Shown here one piece after another: positions 23,190 to 36,545 of a stretch of 64,000 bases of DNA. The notes below the pieces were generated by a model. The model did no database searches, was not told where the DNA came from, and saw nothing but the letters and a program-made list of their open reading frames with translations. Made by a program: the position numbers and the translations under genes. Each line of letters begins with the position of its first letter. Position 1 is the first letter of the stretch. Source of the DNA: Mobula hypostoma (lineage: Eukaryota); the NCBI RefSeq assembly GCF_963921235.1, contig NC_086097.1, forward strand, positions 84,818,001 through 84,882,000, read 5' to 3'.

Positions 23190-26040
23190 ATCAGAATCAG
23201 GTTTAATATCACTGGCATATGCCATGAAATTTGTTGTTTTGCAGCAGCAATACAGTGCAGTACATAATGATAGAGAAAACTGTACATTGCAATAAGAAAT
23301 ATGTATAAAAATTAAATTAATAAGTAGTGCAAAAAGAGAACAACAAAAAGAAAAAAATAGCAAAGCATTGTGCATTCAGAAATCTGATGGCAGAAGGGAA
23401 GAAGCTGTTCCTGAAATATTGAGTGTGTGTCTTCAGGCTCCTGTACCCTCTACTTGATGGTAGCAGTGAGAAGAGGGCAGATCCTGGGCGGTGATGGATG
23501 CAGCTTTATTGGGGCGTCAGATTTTGAAGATGTCCTGGATGCTGGGGTGGCTAGTGCCCATGATGGAGCTGGCAGTATACAACTTTGTACAGCTTTTTCT
23601 GATTTTGTGCAGTAGTGCCTGCATACCAGATGGTGATGCAACCAGTTAGAATGTTCTCCATGGTACATATGTAGAAATTTGTGAGTATTTGGTGATGATA
23701 TACCCAGTTGCTTCATACGCCTAATGAAATATAGCTGCTGTTGTGCCTTCTTTCTAATTGCATCAATATATCGGGCCCAGGATAAATCTTCAGAGATATT
23801 GACAGTCAGGAACTTGAAACCGCTCACCCTTTCCATTACTGATTCCTTGATGAGGACTGGTGTGCATTCCCTTGACTTGCCTTTCCTGAAGTTCACAATC
23901 AATTCCTTGGTCTTACTGACGGTGAGTGCAAAGTAGTTGTTGTGACAACACTCTTCAGCTGATCTATCTTGAGAACGCCTCCTCATCGCTTTCTGAGATA
24001 CTACCAACATAGTTTTCTCATCGGCAAGTTTATAGATGGCGTCTGAGTTATGCTTGTAGAGCAGTGGGCTAAGCACATCTCCTTGAGATGCGCCAGTGCT
24101 GATTGTCAGTGAGGAGATATTACTGCCAATCTGCAGCAACTGTGGTTTCAAGGAAGTCAGGGATCCAGTTGCAGAGGGAGGTACAGACACCCAGGTTTTG
24201 GACCTTATTGATTAGAACAGAGGATATTATTGAGTTGAACGCTAATCTGTAATCAATAAACAGCAGACATGACCAACCTCTGCAGATCCAGGTCCTTGCT
24301 TAGGCAGGAGTTGATTCTGGCAATGACCAACCTCTGAAAGCACTTCTTCACAGTAGATGTGAGTGCCGTTGGGCGATAGTTGTTGAGGCAGCTACCTCCT
24401 GCTCTACTTGGGCACTGATATGATTGTCGCCCTTTTGAAACAGGTGGCTACCTCCGACTGTAGCAGTGAGAGATTGAAGGTTGGCACAGAATTTCAGTAT
24501 CCTACCAGGTACATCATCAGGCCTGACGCCTTGCGAGTGTTCATCCTCTTGAAAGATGTTCTGATGTCGGCCTCTGAGATAAAGAGTACAGGGTCACCAG
24601 ATGCTGCAGGGATTTGCACAGGTGTGGTTTTATTCTCCCTTTCAAAGCGTGCATAAAAGGTGTTGAGCTCATCTGGGAGTGAAGATTCACAGCTATTCAT
24701 GATGTTAGATTTCACCTTATGGAAAATAATGGCCTACAAACCCTGTCAGGGCTGACATGCATTGGATTCTGTTTCTAACTTCAACTGGAATTGTTGTTTC
24801 ACTCTTAAAATAGCCTTCTGTAGGTCGGACCTGGACTTGTATAGTTTTGCATCACTGGTCTTGAATGTCACAGATCTAGTCATCAGCAGACAATGAATCT
24901 CCTGGTTTATCCAAGGCTTTTGGTTTGGGGATGTCCAGTATGTTCTTGAAGGCACACACACATCAACACAGGTCTTGATGAAGTCAGTGACAACTGTGGC
25001 ATATTCATTCTGAATCAAAGATGAATCTCTGAATGCTGTCCAGTGCACCAACTCAAAAACAGTCCTGTAAGATGTTAAGTCCTGTAAGTGCTCCTCTGCC
25101 TCGCTTGGTTCTCACCACTGGTGCTGTGGTCTTCAGTTTCTGTCTGTAGGTTGGGAGTAGAAGTACAGCCAGGTGATGAGACTTTCCAAAGTGTGGGTGT
25201 GGGATGGCACGGTAAACATTCTCGATGCTGGTATAACAGTAGTCAAGTGTGCTGGCTCCTCTGGTTCCACAGGTGATATGTTGTTGGTGGTTGTTGTTCG
25301 GAGACTTCTTCAAGTTGGTCTGGTTGAAATCCCATGCAATGATAAGGAGGGATCAGGGTGAGCAGTTTCATGACTGCTGGTCATGGTGGTCAGCTTCTCC
25401 AGTGCCTGCCTGATGTTGACCAGAGGTAGAATGTACTCCGCTACCATTATAATGGTGGAAAACTCCCTTGACAGATAAAAAGGATGACACTTGACTGCTA
25501 GATTGTTCAGGTTGCATGAGGAGGATTGAGATAGAACTGGCACATCTGTGCACCATGACGAGTTAATCATAAAGCCTACTCCACCTCTACCTTTAACAGA
25601 CTGAACTGTCCTGTCTTTTTGGTGGATAGTGAAGTCCTTGGGCTGCATCTAAAATGGCGGGGAATAGCCATGTTTCCGTGAAGCAAAGTACTCAGCAGTC
25701 CCTTATGTGCCTCTGGTGCAGCAATCTTGCTTTGAGGTCTTCAGTTTTATCTTCTGGAGGTTGTAGATTCACCAGCAGGATAGTCAGGCATGGGGGTCCA
25801 AGGTCTCTGTGGTTCAACTGTACCTGTTACCCAACGCGGTTTCCCCAGTTCCTCTTTCTTAAAGAAACTGCCAGTTTTGAGGATACATAGATTTTTAAAA
25901 ATCGTCTTAAAGTAATGTGGTTTACTGAAGTACCCAACGCTGTGACTGGATTTCAGCTCTTGTAGTCCTAAGCAGAAATATTTGATGATTCCTATTGGAG
26001 GTGTACACAAAGCATCGCCACTTGTCGATGCCATCTTGCA
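23190..26040 (-). mobile_element. Rex1/Babar-clade LINE, both ends present, decayed
   Basis: 5' end CAAGATGGCATC. APE endonuclease motifs VLCFTETWL, GGVGFMINSSWC, TLDYCY and FGKSHH. RT motifs TGASQGDVLSPLLY, KLADEKT and KTKELIVNFRK. The 3' tail is (ATTCTG)n, i.e. AATCAGAATCAG on the plus strand. Confidence 0.92.
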
Positions 26041-27299
26041 AGGAAAACAAGAGGTTGGTGAAACTCTGCAGTTCTCTGCCTGAGACAGTAGTGGAGGCTA
26101 GATCATTAGTGGCATTGAAAGTGAAGTTAGGTCTGTTTCTGACTGATCAAGGGATTATGAGCTATTGGGATCTAGTGCAGAGAAGGTATTGAATCCATGG
26201 GTTGGTCATTCATGATCATACTGAATGCCAGGGCAAACATGAGGGGTCAAGTGGTCTACTCCTGCTCATATTTTTGCAGGCTCTTGTATTCTTGTTCTTG
26301 AATGTCCTCCCTTTCACAAAGGCCACCTTCTAACATTTCACTAGCACTGCTCGACTCCCATCACCGCCTCATCCCTCCTACTATTAAAACTGTGGACATC
26401 ACCCCGATACCTCCAGACTTGATCATTCCAGCAATAGCCTGCCTGCCTTCATATCTTCCACCAGCTATCAACAGCAACATCTTCCAATGCAATCAAATCA
26501 CTTCAAGGCAGTTCACAAGACCTTCACCAAATGCAATGTGATGATGAGCCATAAAAGAAAACATGAGGGCAGGTGACTCATTAATGGCAGGCCTTCAATA
26601 ACGTTTTAAAGGACGAAAGACAGAGCTCAGGGCAGAAATACCTGATCTTGGCAAATGTTGGCCAATCAACCTGATTAAGTTCAAGGAAATTCAACCTGCC
26701 TTAAGTAGAGGCGAGCAGAAAAACCTCAGTGCACTGAAAGAGATTACAGAGGTAGGTGAAGCAAAAGCATGGAGGATTTTAAAATAATTCTGAGATTTAT
26801 ATAAAAAAAAATGGAAACATGTCTTAACCAGGAGCAGGGGTGGTGAGTGAATGGTGTGCATTAGGGCAGTTAAGATTTCGGGTGACCTTGAGCTTATGGA
26901 AAGTGGAAAGGGAAAGCAATGAAGTTGTCACGTCTGAAAGTGAGAAAGCCATGCTTTGGGGTTCAACAGCATGTCCCTGAAGAAATGGTACAGGATATTA
27001 TGGAGGTGAAAATGATGTGTGGGTTGGTGTGGACATGGGGTCCAAAGTTTCACCAAGGCCATGAACAGTCTAGTTCAGTTGTACACCAGAGTGAGTCCAC
27101 ACTCCAGAGAAGATAAATCCAATTTCTTCAGCCACTCAGGACCAGACAACGCTTTCATCCCAGGAATCAGCATAATGAATCTTTCTTTTGGACTGCCACA
27201 GGTGCCAATATGCCTTTCTTAAAAAGAATAAACAATCAAAATATGAAAATATGCACAGTACTTCAGGTGGGGGGGGGGCCATCAACAACAATTGTAATG

Positions 27300-30250
27300 T
27301 TATAAAATTAAAAGTAACATATATGTTACTATGCGCTATCTTGAGATTCATTTTCTTGCAGGCATTTGCAGGAAAAATAAAGAAGTGCAATAGAATCTAT
27401 GAAAAATCATACATAAACAAAGACTGACAAGTAAAGGAGGACAAACTGCTAATAAAAAATATTACTGTGGCCAGAGTTGTAGAGTCCTTGACAATGTGTT
27501 TGTAGGTCATAGAATCAGGTCAGAGTTAAGGTGAGTGAAGTTATCCACGGCAGTTCAGGAGCCTGGTGGTAGAAGGATAATGACTGTTCCTGAACCTGGT
27601 GCTGTGGGACCTGAGGCTTCTGTACCTCCTTCTCAATCTTAGAAGTGAGAAGAGAGCATGACCTGGATGGTGGGTGTCTATGATGATGGAGGCTGCTTTC
27701 AAAGTTTTAAGTTTGAAGTAAATTTATTATCAAAGTACATATTTGTCATCATATGCAACCCTGAGATTAATTTTCTTGCGGGCATTCACAATAAATACAA
27801 GGAAGCATGATAGAATCAAAGAAAGACCACACACATTAAGATGGACAAACAACCAATGTGCAAAAATCAACAAACTGTGCAAATATAAAATGAAAAAGGA
27901 GAAGTAAGCAAAAATCTATCAAGAGCATGAGATGAAGTGTCTTTGGAAGTGAAAGTGAAAGTTTTGGGGTGAGTCAAGTTGAGTGAAGTTATCCACTCTG
28001 GTTCAAGATCCTGATGGTTGAGGGGTAATAACTGTTCCTGAACCTACTGGTGTGGGTCCTGAGACTCCTATACCTTCTTTCTGATGGCAGCAGCAAGAAG
28101 AGAGCATAGCCTGGATGGTGGAGGTCCTTGATGATGGATGTTGCTTTCCTGTGAAAGCATCCCATGTCCATGTGGAGAGGGCTTTACTGTGCTGGACTGA
28201 ACTGTATCTACTATTTTTTGTTGGCGTGTCCATTCAAGGGCGTTCGTGTTTCCATACCAGGCTGTCATGCAACCAGTGAATATACTCTCAAATGCGCATC
28301 TATCGAAGTTTGTCAAAGTTTCAGATGACATGTCGAATCTACACAAACCTCTATGAAAGTAGCCATGCTGCCAAGCTTTCTTTGTAATAGTATTTACGTA
28401 CTGGACCCAGGACAGATCGTCTGAAATGATAACACCGAGGAAGTTAAAGTTGCTGACCCTCTCCACCTCTGATCCCCCAATGAGAACTGGTTCATGGATC
28501 TCCAGTTTCTTCCTCATGTCGTCAATAATCAGCTCCTTGGTCTTGTTGACATAGAGTAAGGTTGTTGTCGTAGCACCACTCAGCCAGATTTTCAATCTTC
28601 CTCCTATATGCTGATTCATCACCATCTTTGATTCGGGCAATAAAAGTCAGTAAACTTGAATGTGGCATTGGAGTTGAACTTAGCTTCACAGTCATAAGTG
28701 TAAAGTGAGCATAAAAGGCATTGAACTCATCCGGGAGTGAAACCTTGTTGTCACCTATGTTGTTTGGGAGGAGGTGATCGCATTCAAGCCTTGACACTGC
28801 TGTCGAGCATCCTTCACTGATCCAAATTTCTTTTGGGAGTCCTGCATGTACATGTCCTCAGTGGTGGGGAGGGCTTTACCTGTGATGGACTTGGCTCTAT
28901 CCACCATATCTCGGACATTAGAGGCACCTTTGTGCTTTCTTTGTGTTGGCATATGCTGGTCCCAGGGCAAATCCTCTGATATGTTAACGCCAAGGAACTT
29001 AAAGCTACTAACCCTCTCCACCTCCTGTCCCCTAATGAGGACTGGCTTACGGATCTCCAGTTTCTTCCTCCTGTAGTTGATCATCAGCTCTTCGGTTTTG
29101 CTGACATTGAGTGAAAGGTCTTTGTTGTAGCACCATTCAATCAGATCTTCAGTCTCTCTCCTATATGTTGATTCATCTCCACCTTTGATTTGGCCAACAA
29201 CAGTGAGTCATCAGCAAACTTAAATATGCCACTGGAGCTACACAATCATAGCTGTAAAGTGAGTAGAGCAGGGGTGCCCCTATGCTGAGTATGAAGGAAA
29301 TGTTGCTGCCAATCCATACTAGCTGGAATCTGCCTCTGAGGAAATTGCAAATACAGTTACACAAGGAGGTGTGGGTCCCCTGTTTGTCACGCTTAGTGAT
29401 GTGTTTTGATGGGGTGATAGTGTTGAATGCCGAGCTGTAGTCAATGAAGAGCATCTTGACATATGCATCTTCACAGTCCAGATGTTCCAGAACTGAGTGA
29501 AGATCCAATGAAATGGTGCCTGCAGTTAACCTGATGTTCGGTAGGGAAATTGCAGCAGATCTGGGTCTTTGATGTGCTTCAAGGTCAACCACTGAAAGCA
29601 CTTCATCACAGTGGGTATAAGTGCTACTGTATGATAGGTATTAAGGCAGGTTACCATGTCCTTCTTGGGCACCAGTATGATTGAAGACTGCTTGAAGCAT
29701 TTGGGTACCTCAGATTGCCGAAGTAAGATGCTGTACACTCCAGCCAGTTGATTATCACAGATCTTCTGTACTTGTCCATCTGGGCCAGGTGCTGTCTGTG
29801 GATTCACTATCCTGAAGGATGCTCTCACATTGCCCTCAGAGACGGAGATCACAGGATCGCCAGGGGCTGTCCGGGTTGGTGAAGGAGCCTTCATGTTCTT
29901 TCGGTCCAAGCATTGGGTTCATCTGGGTGTGAAACCTGGTTGTCATTCACGTTGCTCGCTTTTGCTTAGTCGGGAGGTGATGGCATTCAAACACTTTCAC
30001 AGTGGTTGATCATCCCCCAGTGGTTGAAATTTAGTCTAGAACTGCCACTTTGCAGGTGAGAAGGCCTTCCAGAGGTCATACCTGGACGTCTTGGTATTTT
30101 CCTAGACCACTAGACCTGAACATCTCCAGTCTAGTTGTCAGAAGACTTTCAATCTCTTGGTTCATCCAGGGCTTCGGGTTGGGGAAGTCTGAATAATCTT
30201 GTGGGAGCCCACCTCTCCATAATTGTCTTTATATTCTGTGACAACCATGG
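27300..30250 (-). mobile_element. Cluster of Rex1/Babar LINE fragments (at least three copies)
   Basis: RT frames YVKMLFIDYSSAFNTITP, PKCFKQSSIILVPKK, NKTKELIID and FKFLGVNISEDL recur. Separate 3' tails occur at ~27300-27700 and ~27705-28100. Confidence 0.88.
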
Positions 30251-31233
30251 CGCACTCCCCTATTTCTAAGCTCCATCCCGCTTGCAATGAAAATCAATCT
30301 GTCATTTGCCTTTCAAAAAATGCTGCATCTCCCTGTTAATTTTTTGCAGTTAACTTAACTTCTGTTTTCGACTGGCAATCTCCTGACAGGCCCATCCTGC
30401 CCAGCTCTGCTTTCTACTTCTGCCCCACCTGTAGCCTTCTGTTTGTAGGGTCTTTGGTGCCTTTTTACCTGTCTCCACTCTATCTTTGACCTTGCAGCCT
30501 GTTGACACTTTGACCTTATTCCTTCAAACGTTCCATTCCCAAACATCTACAGGGTATTCTCTTGCTCTTTGCCTTCTTCTCCATACGTCTCTTCAAACAA
30601 GATTATAGTTGTTTCCCTACTTTCCTGAAAAGATTCTAATTGTTTGATATAGTTTTCTCCAATGGAGATAATGCATAAACTACCAAACAGCAGTTGTTAT
30701 TGTAGTTATACCTGTGGCAAAATGTAAAACTGGGTACTTTTTGATTGAACTTATACAAAACTTAGGTGTGTATCTGACTCTGTGAATCATATCGCCAGGT
30801 AATCCATTCCCTCGAGAATGTTTTGTTTTCCTCTGGACTTTTCTGCGCTGTCTTCATTTCAGCACTTCATGCTGCACCTAGTTCTGGCCAAAGAGTTTAA
30901 ATCTTTAAACTTCTAATTTAGGGGCTACGATTTGTGGTGTCAATACAGATTCCAGACTGAACTCTCTCTATGTTATCCCTCTGTTGTTTGAGGCAGTTTT
31001 ACAGAGCATTAAAGTTTGCGTTATCCATTCCTTTAAGAATTATTTATCATTGACTCCATCTCCTGTGGGCTTTCTTTTCTCTACAAGAAACAATCCTAGA
31101 CTCTTAAACTTGGCAGAGCTCTTATCTTCTAAATAGACATCCGTTTATTACCTCTTACTCGGGTGTCCCCAATGTCTTGATGTGATCATTTTGCAGTGAC
31201 CTGCATTTTATGTAGGACTTCAGATATGGTGTT

Positions 31234-31892
31234 ATAGAAACATAGAAACATAGAAAATAGGTGCAGGAGTAGGCCATTCGGCCCTTCGAGCCTGCATCGC
31301 CATTTATTATGATCATGGCTGATCATCCAACTCAGAACCCCGCCCCAGCCTTCCCTCCATACCCCCTGACCCCCGTAGCCACAAGGGCCATATCTAACTC
31401 CCTCTTAAATATAGCCAATGAACTGGCCTCAACTGTTTCCTGTGGCAGAGAATTCCACAGATTCACCACTCTCTATGTGAAGAAGTTTTTCCTAATCTTG
31501 GTCCTAAAAGGCTTCCCCTCTATCCTCAAACTGTGGCCCCTCGTTTTGGACTTCCCCAACATCGGGAACAATCTTCCTGCATCTAGCCTGTCCAATCCCT
31601 TTAGGATCTTATACGTTTCAATCAGATCCCCCCTCAATCTTCTAAATTCCAACGAGTACAAGCCCAGTTCATCCAGTCTTTCTTCATATGAAAGTCCTGC
31701 CATCCCAGGAATCAATCTGGTGAACCTTCTTTGTACTCCCTCTATGGCAAGGATGTCTTTCCTCAGATTAGGGGACCAAAACTGCACACAATACTCCAGG
31801 TGTGGTCTCACCAAGGCCTTGTACAACTGCAGTAGTACCTCCCTGCTCCTGTACTCAAATCCTCTCGCTATAAATGCCAGCATACCATTCGC
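31234..31892 (-). mobile_element. Young CR1 (HER1-like) LINE 3' end
   Basis: ORF 31473-31883 is an uninterrupted 136-aa RT C-terminus (MLAFIARGFEYRSREVLLQLYKALVRPHLEYCVQFWSP...). The 3' UTR is intact and the tail is (CATAGAAA)n at 31234-31257. Confidence 0.95.
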
Positions 31893-32239
31893 TTACAGAC
31901 TTATTCTCACCTCTTGGGATTTGCACTCTATTCCCCCCCCCCCCAGCAATAAAACCCTTGGTCTGTTAATCTATTCTGCTGCTGGGGCTGCATGCTGTTG
32001 ATTTCAGTGGGTAGTTCAATTCCCGCACATCCTTCTCTGATCTGCCTTCTGTAACCTGGACTTGTTTAGTCTGTGCTCTCGCTGTGCTAAGGCTGTTCTT
32101 GTTCTCATTATTTTGCATTTGCTTGGACCGTAGGCCATTTGCCAGTCATTAAGCCCACTTCCCCAATTTATTCACATCTCACGGTGGTTTATTTAATCAC
32201 TTCAGCTGTGTTAAACACTTTTCTATAAAGCAATGCCAT

Positions 32240-32523
32240 GCTACAGGGAAACAGGCTGTTTGGCCCATCACCGACTGTGTGCCAATCATCCATTTATACT
32301 AATCCCTGTTTATTCTCCCCACTTTACCCTTCACTCTTCCTGGATTCTTATACTCACCAATGCACGGGGGTGGGCGGGGTAGGGTGCAATTTACAGTGGC
32401 CAATCAGCTCCCCAACCCGCACGCATTTGGTACGTGGGTGCAAACCAGAGCACCCAGAAGAAACCTATGTGGCCATGGGGAGAATCCACACAGACAGACT
32501 CGAGGTCAGGATCGAACTGAGGT
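32240..32523 (-). mobile_element. tRNA-derived SINE, split by the hAT insertion
   Basis: B-box-like GTTCGATCC on the minus strand at ~32510, with a central domain and CR1-like tail. The head continues after 34538. Confidence 0.65.
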
Positions 32524-32796
32524 CTCTAGAGTAGTGGTCGCCAACCTTTTAAAGCCCAAGATCCCCTACCTCGGCCTTAGTGAAAGGCAAGATCGACCTA
32601 CCAAATCGTTTAGAGAAAAAACAGCTCAGATTGTACTTCCAACCTGAGGCCTTTTATTTGGGCTAATTGTATTTGAATTACATAAAATGCTTTTGTCAAA
32701 CTTTCAAATTAATTCAACGAAGAAAACACTGTAACTAGCATATCAAACAGGCCTTAGCTGTCTTTCTTTAAGAATATTACAATACTTCATACTTTT

Positions 32797-33045
32797 TATA
32801 GTAACTTCTACTTTGAAAAAGGACCACTCTACAACTTCATGTCGAAAGGAACAACTTTATGTGGGACGGCAAAAGCAATGTGGCGGAGGGGTTTATACGC
32901 ACATGCGCAGAAAAGACCGGAAGTAAAACCCCGCAACCCCGGAAACAACCTCTGTTTACAAACAGCTTTCCGTAGCGGGAGCTTTGGTATATTACCATTA
33001 TCTTAATTGGTATTAACTTATCCTTATAATGCTCACATTACAACA
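32797..33045 (-). mobile_element. 249-bp LTR (Gypsy-like 3' LTR) with PPT, inside the hAT element
   Basis: On the minus strand, PPT AAGCGGGGAGAAG (33058-33046) is followed by TGTTGTAATG...GTTACTATA. It is an inverted copy of 34121-34369. Confidence 0.8.
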
Positions 33046-34120
33046 CTTCTCCCCGCTTAAATTCCAAGATTCCCCAAATGTAAAAGAACTGGGAAACAAA
33101 AAACAGTGGTGTCATTAGCTTGGGTACCCCTGAAACTTACACTAGTGTCTCAGTAACAGTTTACCAATACAAAACACCTGAAACACGTGGCATATTCAAT
33201 ATTCTGTCTAACAAAGGAAATTGTCCATTCGAATATTCATTCTGTTAGGAGATTTGCGAGGGTGCTGTGCTGCAACGGTTTTTTGACTTGCTGCCTGAGA
33301 TAAAGAAACGAGGAGCACGAGGAACTGTCAGATGATGTGTGGCTACTGGATTTAGGGTTTCTGACAGACCTAATGGCTAAATTAAACGCACTTAACAACG
33401 AGCTCGTGGGAAAAGACCGACACCTGCCCCACATGATAAGCGCAGTAAATGTGTTTAAGGCCAAGCTCGGGTGTTTGGATTTCAAATTTAAAGAACAGGA
33501 GGGTGACACACTTTCCCAACTTGGAGAAGCAGTTATAGGCCATCAAGGGAAAAAAAGAACGCTTTTCACCCTGAACAGTACTGTGCTTACCTAGACAAAC
33601 TGGCAATAGAGTTTGTTTGGCGTTTTGGGGAGATAAATGCCATGAAAGATATTACTGCATTTATTTCAAACCCATTTCTGTTGATCGATACAGAACAGGT
33701 AGGAATTCCAGCCAGTATTTGGTGTGCCAAGTGATGTAGAAAAGGAAATAATTGATTTGCAAAATGACATCGAGCTTAAAGCAAGATCAAGGGATGGTGA
33801 CTTTTGGGGCTTGTCAGCAGGGAGAAGTTTCCTCATCTCACCACACGTGCACTAAAAGTCAGTGCCTACTTCGGGTCAACTTATCTGTGTGAAATTGCAC
33901 ATTCACAGAAGAAAATTATTAAATCTAAGTACAGGAGCTGTCTTACTTTCAGACACCTCACAGACTGTCTCAGTCTGGCTGTCTGTAGTTATGAGCCAAA
34001 TTTCAGAGAACTAGCAGAAAGTATTCAGCCCCAGTCATCACACTGAGTGCAACAGTCAATTTTTATTCATTTATTTTTCGTGTCGAAATAAAATTAAATA
34101 ATGAAACTTAGAATTAAAGG

Positions 34121-34369
34121 TGTTGTAATGTGAGCATTATAAAGATAAGTTAATACTAATTAGGATAATGGTAATATAGCAATACTCCCGCTACGGAAAG
34201 CTGTTTGTAAACAGAGGTTGTTTCCTGGGTTGCGGGATTTTATTTCTGGTCTTTTCTGCGCATGTGTGTGTATGCCCCTCTGCCGCATTGGTTTTGCCAT
34301 CCCAGATAAAGTTGTTCCTTTGGACATGAAGTTGTCAAGTGGTCCTTTTTCAAAGTAGAAGTTACTACA
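34121..34369 (+). mobile_element. 249-bp LTR copy inside the hAT element
   Basis: TGTTGTAATG...GTTACTACA. I counted 23 mismatches and no gaps against the reverse complement of 32797-33045. No TSD seen. Confidence 0.8.
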
Positions 34370-34571
34370 TGTGACTCACATATGCGCTCTAGGGGTAAAA
34401 TTTGCTTTTGCATCAAAAGGTTTATCAGGCATAATGTGTTTTTGCATTTCTTTTTCTTTTTTTTCGGGATCTACTGGGAAAGTCTCAAAGATCGACCGGT
34501 CGATCGCGATCAAATGGTTGGTGACCATTACTCTAGAGCAATGAGGCACTGTCCTCTACAATCACTCTGAG

Positions 34572-35565
34572 TACCGGTGCCCCACAAGGCTGTGTACTCA
34601 GCCCCCTGCTGTACTCACTGTACACCCATGATTGTATAGCCAAGTTTCCATTGAACTCAATTTATAAGTCTGCTGATGACATAACAATTGTAGGCCATGT
34701 CTTGGTAATGTTGAGTTTGAGTACAGAGAGGAAATTAAGAACCTGGTGGCATGGTGCGCAGACAGTAACCTATCCCTCAATGTCAGCAAGATGAAGGAAT
34801 TTGTTGTCGACTTCAGAAGGAGTAGCAGACCGCACGACCCCATTTAACATCGGTGGTGCGCAAGTGGAACAGGTCAAAAGCTTTAAGTTCCTCGGGGTCA
34901 ATATCACAAATGACCTGACTTGGTCCAACCAAGCAGAGTCCACTGCCAAGAAGGCCCACTAGCGCCTTTACTTCCTGAGGAAGCTAAGGAAATTTGGCCT
35001 GTCCCCTAAAACTGTCACTAATTTTTATAGATGCACCGTAGAAAGCATTCTTCTGGGGTGCATCACAACCTGGTATGGAAGTTGTCCTGTCCAAGACCGG
35101 AAGAAGCTGCAAAAGATCTTGAACACAGCCCAGCATATCACACAAACCAATCTTCTGTCCTTGGACTCACTTTACAGTGCATGCTGTGGGAGCAGTGCTG
35201 CCAGGATAATCAAGGACACGACCCACTCAGCTAACACACTCTTTGTCCCTCTTCCCTCCAGGAGAAGGCTCAGGAGCTTGAAGACTCATACGGCCAGATT
35301 TGGGAACAGTTCCTTTCCAACTGTGATAAGACTGTTGAACAGATCCTGACCCGGATCTGGGCCATACCCTCCAAATATCCGGACCTGCCTCTCAGTTTTT
35401 TTGCACTACCTTAGTTTCCCTTTTCTATTTTCTATTTATGATTTATAATTTAAATTTTTAATATTTACTATTGACTTGTACTCCAGGGAGCACAAAGAGC
35501 AGAATCAAATATCGCTGTGATGATTGTACGCTCTAGTATCAATTGTTTGGCGACAATAAAGTATA
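34572..35565 (+). mobile_element. Rex1/Babar LINE, 5'-truncated
   Basis: TGAPQGCVLSPLLYSLYTHDC, KSADD, NFYRCTVESILLGCIT.WYG, SLKTHTARFGNSSFPTVIRLLN; the 3' UTR ends AATAAAGTATAAG. Confidence 0.92.
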
Positions 35566-36124
35566 AGGTCCCTCCCAATACCCCTTATAAATGTGTGCCA
35601 CTCTGTGGCAACTGGAAGTTTTCACTGATTTCCATCAGCTGACTACTGCTTTATGCCCTGTTGCGCTTCCTGTAGTCTGCTTCTGTTTAGTGGATTTTGT
35701 GGAAACCTGCTTTTTATCTAGGTGAATCCACATCTGGGATAACTTTCTCCAGGAGGTCACAGGAGAACGATGTGAGCAGAAGCAAAAGAGGATTAAGGTC
35801 TTGAGGTCACGGCAGGTATGTGTGGGAGCTTTGTAGTGTGGGATTTATGAGAGAAAATTCCCAGCAACTTTAATAATTTGACAGGCATATTTCCTTTCTA
35901 TAGCACTGTGAACATACCTATTGAAAGTATCTCTTTTGTTCACAGCACATGGGCATCAATGGCAACGCCAGCATTTACTGTCCATCCCTAAAAGCTCCTT
36001 AACTGAGTAGGCACTTATGAATTAATAACATTGGTGGTTTTGGAATTGTCATCCGGATAATGCTGGCAGTGAGCCAAATGCAGATTTATGAGAATCTAGT
36101 AATTACATGGTTGCCAACTTTATA

Positions 36125-36545
36125 ATTCTTACTTATTGCCTGTTATGCTGCTGGTGTTTAGGGCAGCAATGAGGTTCTCTGTTTCTGCTGGCGCTCAGGG
36201 TGTCCTTCATCATGTCAGTAGCCTCCTCTCAGTTTTCATTGTCAGTCATGTAAGTCCCGGGTGGACACTCAGGAATGCAGACACACACAGATGTAGGAGG
36301 ATTCTTCATTGCTATTTCCATAACAATTTTTGGTTTACTAGTCGGGGTTGTTAACTCTGAGCTGAACGCCTGAACCTGAAGGACCGGTGGACCATTCTTA
36401 GTCTGGCCTCTACCCTTTGATCTGTTTGACATGGGTAACCGTACCAAGAACCACAACCTAAAGCCCTGACTGCAGCCAGCATAGCTCTCTGGGTCACTGA
36501 GGCCCGCAGGCCTCCAAACCATGACAAGCTTGTGGTCCTCTTGTA
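36125..36545 (-). mobile_element. Bipartite RTE-derived non-autonomous element
   Basis: An RTE-like 5' UTR and ORF start (MTDNEN..EATDMMKDTLSA) are joined directly to an RTE-like 3' end (RTLIAALNTSSITGNK* with a TAAGTAAG tail). Confidence 0.65.

Larger units (their letters stand above)
32532..34530 (+). mobile_element. hAT (Charlie/GTF2IRD2-like) DNA transposon, internally deleted
   Basis: TIRs TAGTGGTCGCCAACC / GGTTGGTGACCATTA (13/15 match) and a perfect 8-bp TSD CTCTAGAG (32524-32531, 34531-34538). Transposase remnants are WLLDLGFLTDLMAKLNALNNELVGK and the C-terminal dimerisation domain ALKVSAYFGSTYLCE...KSKYRSCLT...QSSH*. Confidence 0.95.

Noticed and set aside
31309..32001. 230-aa plus-strand ORF
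   Set aside because: Antisense frame of the young CR1 RT C-terminus.
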